Assembly: GCA_012862495.1 (NCBI GenBank)
Contig: BLSG01000296.1
Location: 39,660 to 102,225, forward strand
Length of the DNA: 62,566 nucleotides
Direction: 5' to 3'
From: Thraustochytrium aureum
Lineage: Eukaryota
The translations under genes were made by a program, and so were the position numbers. A model generated the notes under the pieces. That model was given only the letters and a program-made list of their open reading frames with translations. It ran no database searches and was not told where the DNA came from. Positions 60,255 to 62,566 of the stretch are shown one piece after another. Each line of letters opens with the position of its first letter. Positions within the stretch are counted from its first letter, which is position 1.

Positions 60255-62501
60255 ATGGTGGCGGGCCGGCTCGCGGTCGTGCTGTGCGAGCCTGACAGCC
60301 AATGGGACGACCTCGGCGCAGTGTGGGCCGCGGCGCTCGGGCTGGATGCGGATGGGTGGCAAGTGGACGTCTTCGAGGCCTGCCTCGGCAAGCTGCCGCG
60401 CAAGGAGCTCCTGCTGCGCGCTGGCCGAGACGGCGGATATGACGCCGTGCTGCTGACCGGGTCCAAGCACTCGGTGAACGATGCAGCCGCGCAAGAGTGG
60501 GTAGAGCCCGTGCAGGACATGGTGCGATGGGTCATGCTGGGCGTCCATGAGGAAGGCGCGACCCGCGCCAGGCTCGTGGGCTCCTGCTTTGGGTGCCAAC
60601 TCATTGCGCGCGCGCTGGGCGGCACTGTTGAGGCTAACAAGGATGGACGCTTTGTGTTCGGGAGCGAGCTGATCAGCCTCGAGCCCGCCATGTCGCTGTT
60701 CCCATGGGGCGAGCTGGATATGGAGCCGCTTCGGGTCAATGAGGCGCACGGCGAATTCGTGGCCAAGCTGCCTGCCGGAGCCGTACACCTGGGCTCGTCA
60801 GCCTCGTGCGCGAACGAAGTCTTCTTTGTCCCAGTTGTGGCGTCAGGCGCGTCTGGCTCTGCGAGGGCCGTTGCTGGTGGCGCGCTCGCCGTGCAGTCGC
60901 ATCCAGAGTTTACCGAGGAACACATGCTTTCGCGCTGCCTGCCAGAGCTGGAGCAAGACGGCCTCGTCTCCGCTGCAGATGCCGAGGCGGCGATCGAGTC
61001 GCTCCAGCTGCCTTCTGACGCCGCTCGCATGCTCGCGATGATCCGCAGCTTTGTCACCGGCCAGCATCTGCCTCTGGATAGCTTTCTGTGCAAAGCTGGC
61101 TCTGCCGAGGAGCAGATCTCTGCGTTGCAGCAGGCTGTTCGCGACCTTCGAGCCGGTTTTCAAGCGCAGCTCCTCGGGCTGGCGACCGCCGTGGCCGTGG
61201 CGCCAGGCGCCGTGGCTGGCCCCCAAGCAGGCTCTCCTGGAGCGCCGCCTGAGCACGACTTTTTCGTTCCTGCTGACATCGCGGCGGTCGCGAGGGCAGA
61301 GTCCCTCCTCCGGGGAGAGGGAAGTGCGCGAGATGTGTCAAGCGGGGCTGCGCCGGCATCTGGAATGGGCTCGGTGGCCGCGCTGCTCGGGTCGCCGAAA
61401 GAGGCAGCCTCCGCGCTCGACGTCGGCTCGCAAAAGCTCGTCGTGGACGGCCGCCACGTCTCGAACATTCTATGTGCGCGCGCATTCCACGCGCCAGGGA
61501 CGAAAGCGGTATTCGTTGCCAGCGGGTCTGCAGACAAGACTGTCCAAGTTGTCGACACCTCCGCGCCAGGGGCAGCCACGGTGGCCAGCGTCTCGTTTTC
61601 GGCCCCAGTTATCTCGCTCTTGGCGGAGCCGGGGCTCCAGGGAACGGCGTGCTGAGACGCGACTTGTGGTCGCAGGCATGGATGGGATTGCCCAGCTGGT
61701 GCGCATTTTCCCCACCGACAAGGCGCTTTCCGGCTGGGCAGCCGAAAAAAGCGATTCTGCCCTCAAGCCGCACTCGAAACTCATTACCGCCCTGGCGTGG
61801 TCTCGCTGCGGCCGTTGGCTCGCGACCGCCGCGCGCGACGAGTCCCTCCACGTCTACGAGATGGACGCAGGCACTGGCGAGCCGCGCCACCACGCCACGC
61901 TCAACTGCTCGGGCTGCCCCGAGGCGCTCGCGTTCGTGCAGTGCCTCGGCTGCCTCTGCCTCGTCGTGGCGGTGCGCGACCAGCACTGCTTGCAGTACCT
62001 TTGCATTGAGCAAGTGAAGGGGCTTGGAGCCCGCCTCGGGGTCGGGGGGGTGGTCAAGACCAACATGAACGCGAACGGGGACGAGTTCGTCTCGTTCAGC
62101 GTTCTCGACCTCGCCGCCGCGCCGTCTGACTTGCCGCTCCTTGCCGCTGCGACGACAAGAGCCGCATCATCGTATTTCGCGCTGGCTCGACAGAGCAATA
62201 CCGCAACCTGTACGGGCATTCCTGCTCAGAGTTTGCACGGCCTCGCGTGGCCTGGGACCCGAGCGGGAGATTCTTGGCCTCCAACTCGGAGGCAGACTTG
62301 GCTGTTCATGTGTGGTACGTGGCCACAGGCGAGCGCGTCTTGGTTCTTGAAGGCCACAAACAGTCAATCCGTGATGTGGCCTTCTTGGAAAGCGTCGATG
62401 CGGATGATGACGCGGGCGAGTGGGGATCAAGCCTGGTCACGGCGTCCTTTGACCGCACTGTTCGTGTGTGGGGGCAGGTTGAGCAGCTTGCTGCGAAATG
62501 A
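60255..62501 (+). CDS. Class I glutamine amidotransferase-like domain fused to WD40 repeats; frameshifts at ~61645 and ~62153
   Basis: GATase motifs YDAVLLTGSKHSV, VGSCFGCQL (catalytic Cys), EAHGEFV and VQSHPE (His-Glu). WD40 motifs ASGSADKTV, HSKLITALAWS..LATAARD and LEGHKQSIRDV..LVTASFDRTVRVW. Confidence 0.82.
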
Positions 62502-62566
62502 GCTTACTTAGTTGGCACGCAGAGAGCAAAACACGAGGAGCAGCTTGCGGTTTCAATTGAGCCTCT

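Overview
This is GC-rich, intron-poor eukaryotic genomic DNA from a gapped scaffold, probably a flagellated protist (stramenopile-like; this is inference from gene content and style). It holds about 18 protein-coding genes: an axonemal DNAH1-type dynein heavy chain, a TPR protein, a small membrane protein, a NIMA-type kinase, a RadD/IRC3-like SF2 helicase, a SAM-methyltransferase-like protein, a CRP-type LIM protein, a tiny Dad1-like coiled-coil protein, an ODA-docking-complex-like coiled-coil protein, uridine kinase, a secreted LNR/PAN Cys-rich protein, an LCAT/PLA2G15 lipase, an ~18 kb VPS13-family gene, an inward-rectifier K+ channel, a 2OG-Fe(II) oxygenase, a VOC/glyoxalase protein and a class I glutamine amidotransferase-WD40 fusion. 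Many genes are broken by single-base indels, mostly in homopolymers, which are probably sequencing errors. Four GT-AG introns with CTRAC branch points can be read directly. The most unusual non-coding element is a phased 48-bp array (96-bp dimer) at ~56.9-57.6 kb. Its units keep paired TTACGTCA/TGACGTCA (CRE-like) and ACAAAG motifs while the spacers diverge, and it lies between the divergent Kir and oxygenase genes. I saw no rRNA, tRNA, CRISPR array or recognisable transposase. All family assignments come from motif recognition, not database searches.
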